64,000 bases of DNA from a virus: the IMG/VR virus record IMGVR_UViG_3300037311_000299, positions 1 to 64,000 of that record; one strand, given 5' to 3'. The position numbers and the translations under genes are program-made. The notes under the pieces are model-generated. The model had not been told where the DNA came from. It saw nothing but the letters and a program-made list of their open reading frames with translations, and did not search any database. Of the stretch, positions 1 through 9,408 are shown piece after piece. The first letter of the stretch is position 1, and every line of letters begins with the position of its first letter.

Positions 1-280
1 GCCGGTGGGTCTTCGCCTGCCTGAACAGGCGTTCCGATGCCACGCGGTCGAGCGCCAGCGCGTCCTGCACGTCCGAGAGCTCGACCTTGGCGTTCGTCCA
101 CAGTTCCGCCCAGGCCTCCGCCGTGGGCTCGGCGAAGGGCGTGGAGCCGTCGGGCAGTTGCACGCGCACCTGGGGCCAGGCGGCCACGAGCGTACACAGC
201 GGCGGCGACTCCGAGAGCGGCTGGATCTGCCCTGGGGTCTCGGCGTCGCGGAAGAGCTCGAGCAGTTGGGTGCGTGTCAT
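1..280 (-). CDS. Hypothetical protein, N-terminal part only (gene runs off the left edge)
   Basis: Minus-strand ATG at 280 overlaps the stop of the upstream gene (ATGA). The frame MTRTQLLELFRDAETPGQIQPLSE... stays open to position 1. It is absent from the ORF track because it is truncated. Confidence 0.4.
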   Translation of the reverse strand, partial: MTRTQLLELFRDAETPGQIQPLSESPPLCTLVAAWPQVRVQLPDGSTPFAEPTAEAWAELWTNAKVELSDVQDALALDRVASERLFRQAKTHR

Positions 281-1500
281 GCCGCCACCCCCTGGAGCCG
301 AGCCCACCGCCGCCGGATGAGGTCGCAGTAGCCCGGATCGAGCTCGACGATGCGGGCCACCCGCCCGAGCCGGGCTGCGGCCACGAGCGTGCTTCCCGAG
401 CCGCCGAAGCAGTCGGCCACCAGCCCGCCCCGGGGCGTGACCGCGTCGAGGATCTCGATGAGCATCGGAACGGGCTTCGGCGTGGGGTGGTCACCGCCGC
501 GGGGGATCACTTTGTTGTGGTGCAGCACGTTGCCGGCGGCGCGTCCGCCGTACCAGTGGGCGAACTTGTCGCCGAAGCGCACCTCGAAGCAGGTCTCGTA
601 GGAGTACCGCCACCGCCACGAGAGCCCCTTGCACTCCCGCTTGTCCCAGATGAGCAGGTTGGTCACGTCGCCGACCTTGGCGAGCGTGTCCCAGACCGGC
701 CCAACGACGTTGATGGGGCCACCGCCTCCCGCGAACACGTAGCAGGCCGCGCCGTCGATGCTGTGCGCTCGCGCCAGCGAGAGCGCATCGGTCATGACGC
801 GGCACGCCACCTCGAGGTTTCCGTCGTTGGCGATCTCCGCCTTGGGCTGCTTGCCCATGCCGGACTGGTAGGCGATGCCGTACGGCGGATCGGTGATGAC
901 CGCGTCGAGCTTGCGGGCGTCGCCCTCCATGAGCCGATCCCACACGTGGGGGTCGGTCGAGTCCCCGCAGATGAGCCGGTGGGGGCCGAGCTGGACGAGC
1001 TCGCCGAGCACGGTCTGCGGCTCGGCAGGCGGCGGGCCCGGGTCCTCGTCGGCGTCGGGGGCGCCGTGGGGATTGCCCGCCGACAGGCCCAGCAGAGCCT
1101 CGATGTCGGCGGTCTCGTAGCCCGTCGACTGGAGCCCCGTGAGCGAGCGGTCGAAGGACTCGTGGAGCTCGCGGAGGATGTCGGCGACCTTGGCGTCGTC
1201 TCGCCGGCTCTTCTCAGCGAGTTTGTTGGCCGCGAGCATGAAGCTCAGCGCGTCCGCATCGCTCATCTCGACCGTCACCACCGGCACGCGCTCGAGGCCG
1301 AGCTGCAGCGCCGCCTGGTGGCGCCCGTGCCCCGACAGGATGGTCAGGTCGGGCAGCGCAATGATGGGATCGCAGAAGCCGTGGGTCTGAATCGAACGGG
1401 CGATGCCGCTCACGTCGTGACGCGCGTTGGGGTTCTTCGGGTGCGGCTTGAGCTCGCGGGGGTCTATGAGCCGCTCTTGGCGGTTAGCGTTCTCGTTCAT
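277..1500 (-). CDS. ParB-like nuclease domain fused to a DNA methyltransferase (N6-adenine/N4-cytosine type)
   Basis: 407 aa. N-terminal ParB-like segment (PHPKNPNARHD, GHGRHQAA), catalytic DPPY (VITDPPYGI) followed later by SAM-binding FGGSGST. 4-nt overlaps with both neighbours. Confidence 0.85.
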   Translation of the reverse strand: MNENANRQERLIDPRELKPHPKNPNARHDVSGIARSIQTHGFCDPIIALPDLTILSGHGRHQAALQLGLERVPVVTVEMSDADALSFMLAANKLAEKSRRDDAKVADILRELHESFDRSLTGLQSTGYETADIEALLGLSAGNPHGAPDADEDPGPPPAEPQTVLGELVQLGPHRLICGDSTDPHVWDRLMEGDARKLDAVITDPPYGIAYQSGMGKQPKAEIANDGNLEVACRVMTDALSLARAHSIDGAACYVFAGGGGPINVVGPVWDTLAKVGDVTNLLIWDKRECKGLSWRWRYSYETCFEVRFGDKFAHWYGGRAAGNVLHHNKVIPRGGDHPTPKPVPMLIEILDAVTPRGGLVADCFGGSGSTLVAAARLGRVARIVELDPGYCDLIRRRWARLQGVAA

Positions 1501-2222
1501 GCGGTCCTCGCCCTTCGGCGCGGCTCTCGACCGGCCGAAATCGTGCGCCGTTTGGCTCCTGTGCCCTTCGTGTGGGTCGGGACGGCTAGCGGGCCGTCCT
1601 GGGCCTCACGAGGGCCGCTGGAGGCCTCCTGCGCGGTTTGCTTCGGGGAACTCTCGGACTCCCGCAGGGCGGATGCCCAGCCGGAGCCCGCGCCGAGGGC
1701 CTGGGACCGTTCCCAAGCCCACACGGCGATGCAGAGCGCGTCGGCCACGTGGCTCGATACCGACTCCCCGAGCACGGACTCTGCGAAGGCGATGGAAGCG
1801 CGCTTCCAGCCGGCACGATCCGTGGGGCGGCGAAGACTCTGGGACACGAGAAAGCTCTGAAGGCGGCGGCAGCCCCCACGCGAGGGGCGAGCACGCCAAG
1901 TGGATGCAAGCACGGTCTGGGCTTTCGCCCCTGCCAGGACGCCGACGGTGCACCATCGCTCCGCCGCCGCCCTCAAGTCGCCGTAGGTGGCTAGGTTGCG
2001 GCCCAGGTAGGCGGCCTCGACGACCACCTGGGCCTCGCCCGGCAGCCCGTCCAGCCAATCGAAGGCGATGGTCGAGCACTCCAGGGCCGAGGGCAGACCC
2101 ACCCACTCGCCGCGACGCGTCACCGCCCCCTCCGGGCTCAGGAGAACGGCTCCTGTGCGGCCGGAACGGCCAGAACTCACGTCTATGGCGAGCGTCCAAG
2201 TCATAAGCAAATGCCGTGCCAA
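1497..2222 (-). CDS. RuvC-like Holliday junction resolvase (putative)
   Basis: LAIDVSS, VVVEAAY and HVADALCIAVWA are spaced like the acidic catalytic residues of RuvC/RNase H-fold resolvases. Low-complexity C-terminal tail. The start could instead be M7 (2204). Confidence 0.55.
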   Translation of the reverse strand: MARHLLMTWTLAIDVSSGRSGRTGAVLLSPEGAVTRRGEWVGLPSALECSTIAFDWLDGLPGEAQVVVEAAYLGRNLATYGDLRAAAERWCTVGVLAGAKAQTVLASTWRARPSRGGCRRLQSFLVSQSLRRPTDRAGWKRASIAFAESVLGESVSSHVADALCIAVWAWERSQALGAGSGWASALRESESSPKQTAQEASSGPREAQDGPLAVPTHTKGTGAKRRTISAGREPRRRARTA

Positions 2223-2232
2223 TTTCTGCCTT

Positions 2233-2499
2233 GTGGGAACAGTGGGATCATTGTGGGATCACCAAAACCCTTACTATTTCTATCTGATCCCACTGATCCC
2301 ACAGATCCCACATATGTTCTTCCTGTAAAAGAAATGCATTTGTTGACAGACTGTCATTGACAGTGTCAACTTCTGACATTCTGTCAACGATTATGTTTCT
2401 TATAGGTTTGTGATTTTGGTGTGGGATCTGTGGGATCAGTGGGATCATGTAGGCAGGGCCGCCGTTCTGGTGATCCCACATTGATCCCACTGATCCCAC
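2233..2499. repeat. Iteron-like array: GTGGGATC/GATCCCAC 8-mers in four oriented clusters around a TGACAG/CTGTCA cluster
   Basis: GTGGGATC at 2242 and 2253 (degenerate copy at 2233). GATCCCAC at 2286, 2295 and 2304. TGACAG/CTGTCA x5 at 2343-2388. GTGGGATC at 2421, 2430 and 2439. GATCCCAC at 2472, 2483 and 2492. AT-rich non-coding gap between two minus-strand genes. Confidence 0.9.
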
Positions 2500-2533
2500 A
2501 CTCGAAAGAAACTGCCCGATAGAAGCGCCTAGA

Positions 2534-4627
2534 TCACGAAATGGGGCCTCCGTCTGGATATCGGTTCACCACCACTAGCCTCGATACGTGTCCGCCCAGG
2601 CGGACGTTGGTCGTCATGTGCCGCCCGTCCCGGCGGATCCATTCGCGGTCTGCCCACATCCGCAGGACAGCCGTTGCATCGTAGCGTCGACGGGTGAGCT
2701 CTTCGCAGAGCACGGTCTTGTCGACGCCGGTCCACCCCTTGGAGTGCTCCCACTTACCCAGCCAGCCCCGAAAAGGCGGTCGAGGGCTGCTTCCGTCACT
2801 CGGTCGCTCGTCGTCGTAGTGCCCGCCCTCGAAATTCGTCCGATTCGCGTGGATCCAAGCCACGATTTCCTCGTGTGCCTGCCGCGAGATGTCCGCCTTG
2901 TCGATATACGCGTCGATAGCTAGCCGGAGGACCTCCAGAACGACCGGGAGTGGATCCCATCCCCACTCAAACCGTCGATGGGCGAGCCTCGCGGCAAGAA
3001 GCACTACTCCGAAGTATACCAGAGCTCGGCCAAGAATCGATAGCCGAGCCGACTTTTCGATCGTTGGCGCTACATGCTGATAAAGTTCATCGGCACAAGT
3101 TGCTACGGCCTTCTGTGTGATCTCCTCGGGATCTGAGTCCAGGAGCTCCATGACGTACTCGATCCACTTCGGACCGATGACGCCATAGTTCTCACGCGAG
3201 AAGCTGTTGACTTCGTCACCAAGCGGCTTGTTGTCGCCGTGGATGGGCCCTCCCCACAGAGAGATGATGCGTGCGATCGCGCCCGTTCGGGTGGCGGAGT
3301 CGGAGAGGTTCTGTTCGCCAGTGGAAATGATGATGCATCGCCACGTCTTCCGCTCTGCCATCGAGCCGTCACGCTTGAGGCGCCCGCGGTCGACGCCGTT
3401 CGCGAGGCGATAGATGGCGGCCTGGAGGTCGTCCTTGTTGTTGGTCTGGCTGTCATCCAGGAAGACAGGCAGATCATTGAACAATTTGGCTTGCCCTTGA
3501 ACGGAGTTCAGCGTGCCATCCCAGGCCGGAATGAGGTTTCGGTCACCGTGGGCTACACCGTAGACACTGGCTCCGAGGCGAGCCGCGGTGGTCTTTCCGC
3601 CAGTGGAGTCACCTCCCAGGTGGAAAATGAAGTTGTCGGTGTGCGTGGGTTTGAGCAGTGGCGCCGCCAAGCAGGCGTAGACCGTGAAAGGCAGCAACGT
3701 GGCACGGTTCGGCGAGTGCCGGCTGCGGACCTTCTCGTTGTATTCGTAGACCTTGGAGTAGACGCGACTGAATCCTTCGCTCCAGTCCGCCTCGCTGCTA
3801 TTGTCGGCTTTGCGAAGAAGGCGAAGGTTCTCTTGTTCTTGGGGATCGCACACGAGCCGAATCCGCTCGGTCGTACCGAAGTTTGTCTCGCCGAGAGCGA
3901 AGATACGTCGCCCCTCGGGTGTGTCATGCCATCCAGACCTTGTGATGGCTGAGATGGTCGTGAGGTTGCTTCGGTTGTAGTTTTCGAAGCGGGCGAAGTA
4001 CTCCACCAGGCCGCGGGACTCCGAGTCGGTGAAAGGCACTCCGTATGGCGCGAGACCGCGGAGGAGCTGGCGACTGTCGAATACGGTTTGCCGTGGAAGG
4101 GCGACGCTCTGCCACGCGCCGTCTCTCTTCCAAATCACCTCGAGCTCTTCGGCGGACGCGCCCTCAAGTCGCCGCACCCTCGATCCGAGGAAAATAGGCA
4201 CGAAGGTCACGACCTGATTGTAGGTCTGTGGCCCGCCGGGACCATTCTTGACCTTGGTGACCTCAGTACCGAAGTCGGTGAGGACCACGTCGGGGGGAAT
4301 TTCGAGCGCCTCGGGACAGGGGGCGTCCTCGAACACGGCTCGTATGGGCTCCCCTTGCCCCTCGCCCGCGTTGGATTCCCACTGCCGCTTGCGCTCTTCA
4401 TGCACCTGCAGGCGAATGGCTGCGAGCGACAGGCCAGTGAGTGTGCGCAGTTTCGCCATGCCGACATCGCGCTGGGCGACGTCTTGGAGGCGTGAGAGGC
4501 GCGAGCACCAATTTTCGAGAAATCGCACGCGCGAATCGAGGTCGAGAGTGTGGTAGTCGTCTCGGGTGAGCTTGTCGAGTTCACCCAGGGCACCGAATCG
4601 GCCTTCACGCACGGTGGTCATACTCAT
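2534..4627 (-). CDS. SF3 replicative helicase, P4/DUF927-like (primase-associated)
   Basis: 697 aa. Walker A GGDSTGGKTTAA and Walker B PVFLDDS. Start overlaps the stop of the upstream primase-polymerase gene (ATGA). Confidence 0.7.
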   Translation of the reverse strand: MSMTTVREGRFGALGELDKLTRDDYHTLDLDSRVRFLENWCSRLSRLQDVAQRDVGMAKLRTLTGLSLAAIRLQVHEERKRQWESNAGEGQGEPIRAVFEDAPCPEALEIPPDVVLTDFGTEVTKVKNGPGGPQTYNQVVTFVPIFLGSRVRRLEGASAEELEVIWKRDGAWQSVALPRQTVFDSRQLLRGLAPYGVPFTDSESRGLVEYFARFENYNRSNLTTISAITRSGWHDTPEGRRIFALGETNFGTTERIRLVCDPQEQENLRLLRKADNSSEADWSEGFSRVYSKVYEYNEKVRSRHSPNRATLLPFTVYACLAAPLLKPTHTDNFIFHLGGDSTGGKTTAARLGASVYGVAHGDRNLIPAWDGTLNSVQGQAKLFNDLPVFLDDSQTNNKDDLQAAIYRLANGVDRGRLKRDGSMAERKTWRCIIISTGEQNLSDSATRTGAIARIISLWGGPIHGDNKPLGDEVNSFSRENYGVIGPKWIEYVMELLDSDPEEITQKAVATCADELYQHVAPTIEKSARLSILGRALVYFGVVLLAARLAHRRFEWGWDPLPVVLEVLRLAIDAYIDKADISRQAHEEIVAWIHANRTNFEGGHYDDERPSDGSSPRPPFRGWLGKWEHSKGWTGVDKTVLCEELTRRRYDATAVLRMWADREWIRRDGRHMTTNVRLGGHVSRLVVVNRYPDGGPIS

Positions 4628-5688
4628 CGCCGCCTCCGGGGCGGCCGCCCGATCCGACGCACGTCAGGGTCGATGTTCTTACTGACCCAGTCAGCCATGC
4701 GGATGACTTCCTTTTCGGCGCCTTTGCGCTTGCCCAGAGGTGCGAGCTCGGCGGCGCGCCGGCGGATCTGGTCCTCGGGGACCCCGAGGGAGGCCAGGCG
4801 CACGAGGTGGCCGCGGACGCTGTTGTGCCAGGAGGGGCCCATGTGGAAGTCGGGCAATTGACCGTCATGCCGAACGGTGCCGCTGGGCAGGCGGACGGTG
4901 TCGACCGTGGGAGGTCCGGGGAAGTACCGCTCGAGGCGGAGCAGGGAGTACCGCCGCTCGGGCATGCACGCCATGAGGTGAATCGGCTTGCCTTCCTGGC
5001 CGGCCTTGCGATTGCGCGTCATCGGCGGCCGCAAAATACGGGAGACGTCGCGAACTGCGTAGTCGGGGTGGAGTCGCTTGAGCCGGTTGGCGATGCCCCA
5101 GTTGAGGGCCTCGACGCGGTCTCGGTCGAGCGGGGCCACGAACTCGTCGAAGAACCAATAGACGTGCAGGCCGTTGCCGCTCCAGATGAGCGCGGAGGGC
5201 GGCAGTGCGAGAAGGGAGAGTTGCTCGATGGCGGATTGAACTTCGATGCCGCCCTTGACGAGCTCTAGGTCGGCATACGCCGCCACGAACCCGAGCACAC
5301 CATCCTTGGTGCCGTCCCCGAACTGTCGTGGGTTCACGCCGTAGTACGTCTGGCCGTACAGGCCAGAGCGGCGGGAGAGGCGCCGGGAGACTGCCGCATC
5401 GATGAGGCGCACCTCGTTGGCGATGCGTTCGCCCTGGCCACTGTCTCCGAGCGGCACCCACCGACGGCAGGGGTCTGCGGGCTGCTGACGCTCGGGCTTG
5501 GCGTTCCAGGTGGGCTCGGGGCGGATCTCGCACCACAACTCTTGGCGGCCGAGGGTGGGCTCGTAGAGGGAGTCGAAGAAGTAGGCGGCGGCTTCGAAGT
5601 CGCCCCACAGCGACTTGGGCAGCAGTCTGCCCGTGCACTGTCGGAGGCGCTCGTGCTTCGTGGGTTCGTTCGTGGTGGCGTTCGTCAT
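4624..5688 (-). CDS. Primase-polymerase (AEP-type prim-pol), putative
   Basis: 354 aa. Acidic AYADLE segment and SGNGLHVYWFF motif typical of prim-pol domains. Translationally coupled to the helicase gene. Confidence 0.55.
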   Translation of the reverse strand: MTNATTNEPTKHERLRQCTGRLLPKSLWGDFEAAAYFFDSLYEPTLGRQELWCEIRPEPTWNAKPERQQPADPCRRWVPLGDSGQGERIANEVRLIDAAVSRRLSRRSGLYGQTYYGVNPRQFGDGTKDGVLGFVAAYADLELVKGGIEVQSAIEQLSLLALPPSALIWSGNGLHVYWFFDEFVAPLDRDRVEALNWGIANRLKRLHPDYAVRDVSRILRPPMTRNRKAGQEGKPIHLMACMPERRYSLLRLERYFPGPPTVDTVRLPSGTVRHDGQLPDFHMGPSWHNSVRGHLVRLASLGVPEDQIRRRAAELAPLGKRKGAEKEVIRMADWVSKNIDPDVRRIGRPPRRRR

Positions 5689-5815
5689 CGTCTCGCCTCC
5701 GATGGACAGTGCCGCACTAAGGGCGCGGTGCGTTCACTTTGTCCGAAGTGTCTCTTTTCTGGCCTACCTACGGGTAGGTCTGGCCTGACAGCGTCATGGC
5801 GTACTTCTGGGCGAC

Positions 5816-7849
5816 TCATCCAGCCATCTCCTGCGACTGTGGCTCGCTTTTCGCTATCAGGAAGGCCGGCAAGCGCACCGCCTTGAAGCCCGCGGCCTTG
5901 CCCCACACGATGAGCCGCTGGGCCTCGCCACGGGTGAGCTCCGGGTGGGCGAGCTGTTCGGACGTCAGACCGAGCTCGCGGCGGAGGCACTGGACCTGTG
6001 CGTCGCTGGGCTTTTGGGCGGCGAAGCGGACGGGGGTCTTGAGCCGCTGGTTGATCTCGCGGTTGCGGACCGTCACGTCCGCCACGGCCGTGCGGACCTC
6101 TTCGTCGGTGGCAGCGCGGATGCCGGACTCGTCGAGCCCAGCACGGCTTCGCTTGGCGCCGAGCCGCGGGGCCTCTTGCTCGCAGAGCGCGAGCGCTTCT
6201 TCGAGGGGGAGCTTCTTGCCGATTTCCTCGACGGTGTAGCCGCCGGCTGCGTCTACCTTCGACTCCAGCTCGCCGCGGCGCTGCAGGTGCACGATCTTGA
6301 AGAGGCCGGCGCAGTACTTTGGGAGCTTGTCCCGCTCGCAGTCGTGCTGCCGGACGAGAAAGATTCCACCCAGGTCCGGGCCGCCGAGCATGAGGGCCTT
6401 GCCGAATTCGGTGTCCTGCCACTGGAAGCGGCCCACCCGCTTGACGCCCACGAGGTCGATGCGGTCGCCGTGCACGCTTGGCGCGAAGAGGTCGTGCTGG
6501 TGCTCTCGGTCGGAGCGGTCGGCGCCGGGCATCCCGGCGAGCTCGCCAGCGTCCTCGGGCTTGGGCTTCTGGCTCTCCTCGACCTCGTCCACGCGGAAGC
6601 CGCCGAGCATGTTGAGGCCGCGCAGCGAGTACTTGGTGCTGTTGCCCGTCACGTCGAGGATCAGGCACTCGCTCTTGGACGGATGTAAGCGCAGGCCGCG
6701 ACCAACCATCTGCACGAACAGTGACCAGCTCTGGGTGGGGCGGGCCATGTAAACGCACTCGACCGAGGGCTCGTCGAAGCCCTCGGTGAGCACCAACACA
6801 CTGACGAGGACCGTGAGCTCGCCCTTGGCGAGGCGGTCGTACATGCGCAGCCGCTCCTCTTCGGAGTGCCCACCGTGGATGGCCTTCGCGGAGATGCCGG
6901 CCGCCCGGAACGTCTCGGCGAGCTGGATGGCGTGGTCCACCGTGCAGGCAAAGAGGATGGTCTTCTTGCCGCGGGCGTACTGCTGCCAGGCCGCAAGGCA
7001 CTTCGCCCGGACCTCGGGGGTGTTGAACACCGCCCCGATCGCCTCCTCTGAGAAGTCGCCACCCTGAGACTTGGAGGTGCGGATCTCGTCGAGGTCGAGG
7101 TGCAGCTTGCACCGCACGCCCACGGGGCGGACCAGATAACCCGACTCGATGGCTTCGATAAGCGAGTACGAGTAGGTGATCTGGTCGTACAGCTCTCGGA
7201 GCGACAGCCCATCGGCGCGGTTCGGTGTGGCCGTCACCCCGAGCCGCAGCGTAGACGGGCCCTGCACGGCCTCGAGCGTGCGGACGTAGGTGTCGGCTGC
7301 GCTGTGGTGCGACTCGTCGATGATGACGAGGTCGTATGGGCCGTGGGCCACCACCCGCTGCAGCTTCGGGCACCACTCGCGGGGGTGGAGCTGGTCGCGT
7401 CGGCCGAGCGTGGGCACCATCGCGCCGGTGATGTCTCGGCCGTAGCTCACGGGCTCGCCCTTGGCGAGAAAGCCGACGGTGGCCTCTGGCCATACCCGGC
7501 GGAAGGTCTTCATCGCCTGCTTGACCAGCACATCGCGGTGCGCGAGCACCAACACACGCACCCGCTGGGGCTGGCCCTTGAGCGTCCACAAGAGCCACGC
7601 GAGGGTGGCGAAGGTGACGGTCTTTCCGCAGCCGGTGGGTAGCACCAGCATCTGGCGGTGCGAGTGGTCGAGGAAGTACGCCCGGAGCAGCGCTACCCAG
7701 GCCTCCACCTGGTAGGGCCGCACGCCGAGCTGCTCGTGGGGCGCGAGCGTGGCGTTTCGCCGCGCGAAGTGCGCGCGGACCGTCGACTCCACCCACTCGG
7801 CGGTGAGCTCGTCCTCGGTGGGCGTCCGGGGCTGGGAGGCGGGGTTCAT
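5816..7849 (-). CDS. SF2 DEAD/DEAH-box helicase (type III restriction Res-like)
   Basis: Motif I LPTGCGKT, motif II IIDESHH, motif III TATP. ORF 5816..8332 was trimmed to the ATG at 7849 (MNPASQ), which overlaps the upstream stop. The 161 codons upstream are an Arg/Pro-rich shadow. Confidence 0.85.
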   Translation of the reverse strand: MNPASQPRTPTEDELTAEWVESTVRAHFARRNATLAPHEQLGVRPYQVEAWVALLRAYFLDHSHRQMLVLPTGCGKTVTFATLAWLLWTLKGQPQRVRVLVLAHRDVLVKQAMKTFRRVWPEATVGFLAKGEPVSYGRDITGAMVPTLGRRDQLHPREWCPKLQRVVAHGPYDLVIIDESHHSAADTYVRTLEAVQGPSTLRLGVTATPNRADGLSLRELYDQITYSYSLIEAIESGYLVRPVGVRCKLHLDLDEIRTSKSQGGDFSEEAIGAVFNTPEVRAKCLAAWQQYARGKKTILFACTVDHAIQLAETFRAAGISAKAIHGGHSEEERLRMYDRLAKGELTVLVSVLVLTEGFDEPSVECVYMARPTQSWSLFVQMVGRGLRLHPSKSECLILDVTGNSTKYSLRGLNMLGGFRVDEVEESQKPKPEDAGELAGMPGADRSDREHQHDLFAPSVHGDRIDLVGVKRVGRFQWQDTEFGKALMLGGPDLGGIFLVRQHDCERDKLPKYCAGLFKIVHLQRRGELESKVDAAGGYTVEEIGKKLPLEEALALCEQEAPRLGAKRSRAGLDESGIRAATDEEVRTAVADVTVRNREINQRLKTPVRFAAQKPSDAQVQCLRRELGLTSEQLAHPELTRGEAQRLIVWGKAAGFKAVRLPAFLIAKSEPQSQEMAG

Positions 7850-8502
7850 GCGGCCCGTGCCCCCTCGTGAAGCGCGAGGCGGCGCAAGGCCTCGGAGATG
7901 GTCTCGCTCGCCTCGATTTGGGACAACAGGTGCTGGGCGAGCCGGTCGGGGCGGTCCTCGAAGATGGTGCCGCCCGCGCCGGGGACCGTGAGGCCGGTGA
8001 GGAGGAGGTCCGCCAGCTCGATGACGATCTGGGTCGCAGTGTCGGTGTAGCTGAGCCACTCCGTGTCGACCTTGGACCCGAGGCAGGCGTGCATCACGGC
8101 TGCGTCGTCGCCTTGCAGGCGGCCGGAGATGCGCAGCGACAGCGTGCACCGCCAATTCTCGACTGAAGGGCCGGGCTCGTCGGGGTCCGCGAACTCGGGG
8201 GCGAGCTTCAGTTCGCGGAGCCGGCAGTCCCGGGCCACGACGATGCCGGCGTTGTCGGAGCTTGAGCCGTGGCCAGTGAATACCACGTGGTAGCGCCAGT
8301 GCTGGCTCGACAGCTTGATCTCCGCCACGCACCGGGGCAGCTCCACGCCGTACATCCCGAGCGCGTCCGCGTCGCCGTCCTGTAGAAACCCCTCGAGGAC
8401 CACGTCGACCCAGCGGTCCTCTGGACGGTCGCCCTCGCCCTTGCCTCCGGGGGCGAATTTCTTGAGCTCGAATGGCCTACGGGCATTGTGGAAAATCAGC
8501 AT
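7846..8502 (-). CDS. Hypothetical phage protein
   Basis: 218 aa starting MLIFHNARRPFELKKF. The ATG at 8502 is preceded by GGAGGTGGG. ATGA overlap with the helicase gene. No recognisable motif. Confidence 0.55.
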   Translation of the reverse strand: MLIFHNARRPFELKKFAPGGKGEGDRPEDRWVDVVLEGFLQDGDADALGMYGVELPRCVAEIKLSSQHWRYHVVFTGHGSSSDNAGIVVARDCRLRELKLAPEFADPDEPGPSVENWRCTLSLRISGRLQGDDAAVMHACLGSKVDTEWLSYTDTATQIVIELADLLLTGLTVPGAGGTIFEDRPDRLAQHLLSQIEASETISEALRRLALHEGARAA

Positions 8503-8714
8503 TTGCCCACCTCCGGCCGCACACACTCGAGCGGCCAATACTTGCCTGGAGCACCCGCCACCCAGACGGATGGCTCGCCGTCCCGGAGCCTCGCGCGCGA
8601 TACCGTCCGCGAACGCCGCCACTGCCATCGCTGGCCGTCGAAAATGCGGTACCGCACCGAAACTCCCACCGGAAACAGCGCGTTGAAGCGGTCGCAGAAG
8701 TGCATCGCCTGCAT
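8496..8714 (-). CDS. Small hypothetical protein
   Basis: 72-aa ORF in the operon orientation, overlapping the next start by 7 nt. No motif. Confidence 0.35.
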   Translation of the reverse strand: MQAMHFCDRFNALFPVGVSVRYRIFDGQRWQWRRSRTVSRARLRDGEPSVWVAGAPGKYWPLECVRPEVGKC

Positions 8715-8723
8715 TGGGGACTC

Positions 8724-9167
8724 CTAGAACGGGATGTCGTCGTCGCTGAACGGCGGCGGCTCGTTATTCTGCGGCGGGGCGGAATTTCGCTGCTGAGACT
8801 GCTGGCGATTTCCGCCACCACCGCCCTCGACGCTATTCTGGCCGTCGGCGCTGCTCAGGAACTCGATTTCCGACACCACGATTTTCGCGGTGGTGCGCTC
8901 CACGCCGTTGTTGTCGCTCCACTTCTCGTAGGTGAGCTCACCTACCACCAGGAGCTTTTTGCCCTTTTTGACGTACTGGCCGACGAGGTCGGCCTGCTTG
9001 TCCCAGCAGACACACTTGTGCCATTGGGTGCTCTGGGCCTTGTCGCCATTCTGGTCTTTCCACGTCTTGTTTGTGGCGAGACTGAAATTCGCCACCGACT
9101 TTCCGGAAGCGGTGGCTCGCACCTGTGGGTCGTCGCCCACATTTCCGCTCAAGATGACCTTATTCAT
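8724..9167 (-). CDS. ssb: Single-stranded DNA-binding protein
   Basis: MNKVILSGNVGDDPQVR OB-fold N-terminus, Gly/Gln-rich linker, canonical acidic tip DDDIPF. ORF 8724..9332 trimmed to the ATG at 9167. Confidence 0.9.
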   Translation of the reverse strand: MNKVILSGNVGDDPQVRATASGKSVANFSLATNKTWKDQNGDKAQSTQWHKCVCWDKQADLVGQYVKKGKKLLVVGELTYEKWSDNNGVERTTAKIVVSEIEFLSSADGQNSVEGGGGGNRQQSQQRNSAPPQNNEPPPFSDDDIPF

Positions 9168-9408
9168 ACTGGTCCTTTCCGCCGAAGCGGGGAATTCCCG
9201 GGGGCGCAGCGTGAGACCACAGAGGCCATGGGTGACGTTCGGCCCCTCTTCGCGCTGCGCCCACGCGCCGGGCTCGCGGTCGCCTTTGCCGGCGCTTTCT
9301 GCGCTCCCCGGCGACGGGGGGGAGCGCTGCACCCGCCCACCATCACCCCGCGTGCGGGGATCGATGGGCGCTTGGGAATTGGTGCCGGCCTTTCCCGGCA
9401 GTCACCGC

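Noticed and set aside
37-1860. 607-aa plus-strand ORF, the longest in the first 2 kb
   Set aside because: It is antisense to the motif-bearing ParB-methyltransferase and RuvC-like genes. The translation is Arg/Pro/Gly/Ala-rich with no motifs, which is a typical high-GC shadow ORF.
2233-2499. Possible CRISPR array, because of the many short repeats
   Set aside because: The repeats are only 8 bp long, occur in both orientations with 1-3 nt between copies, have no spacer-sized unique segments, and there are no cas genes. The pattern fits iterons or operators.
5685-8332. 703-aa ORF (5685..7796, minus strand) and the 161-codon upstream extension of ORF 5816..8332
   Set aside because: Both are off-frame or upstream shadows of the SF2 helicase gene, with extreme Arg/Pro content. 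The helicase motifs are in the 5816..7849 frame, and the ATG at 7849 overlaps the upstream stop.
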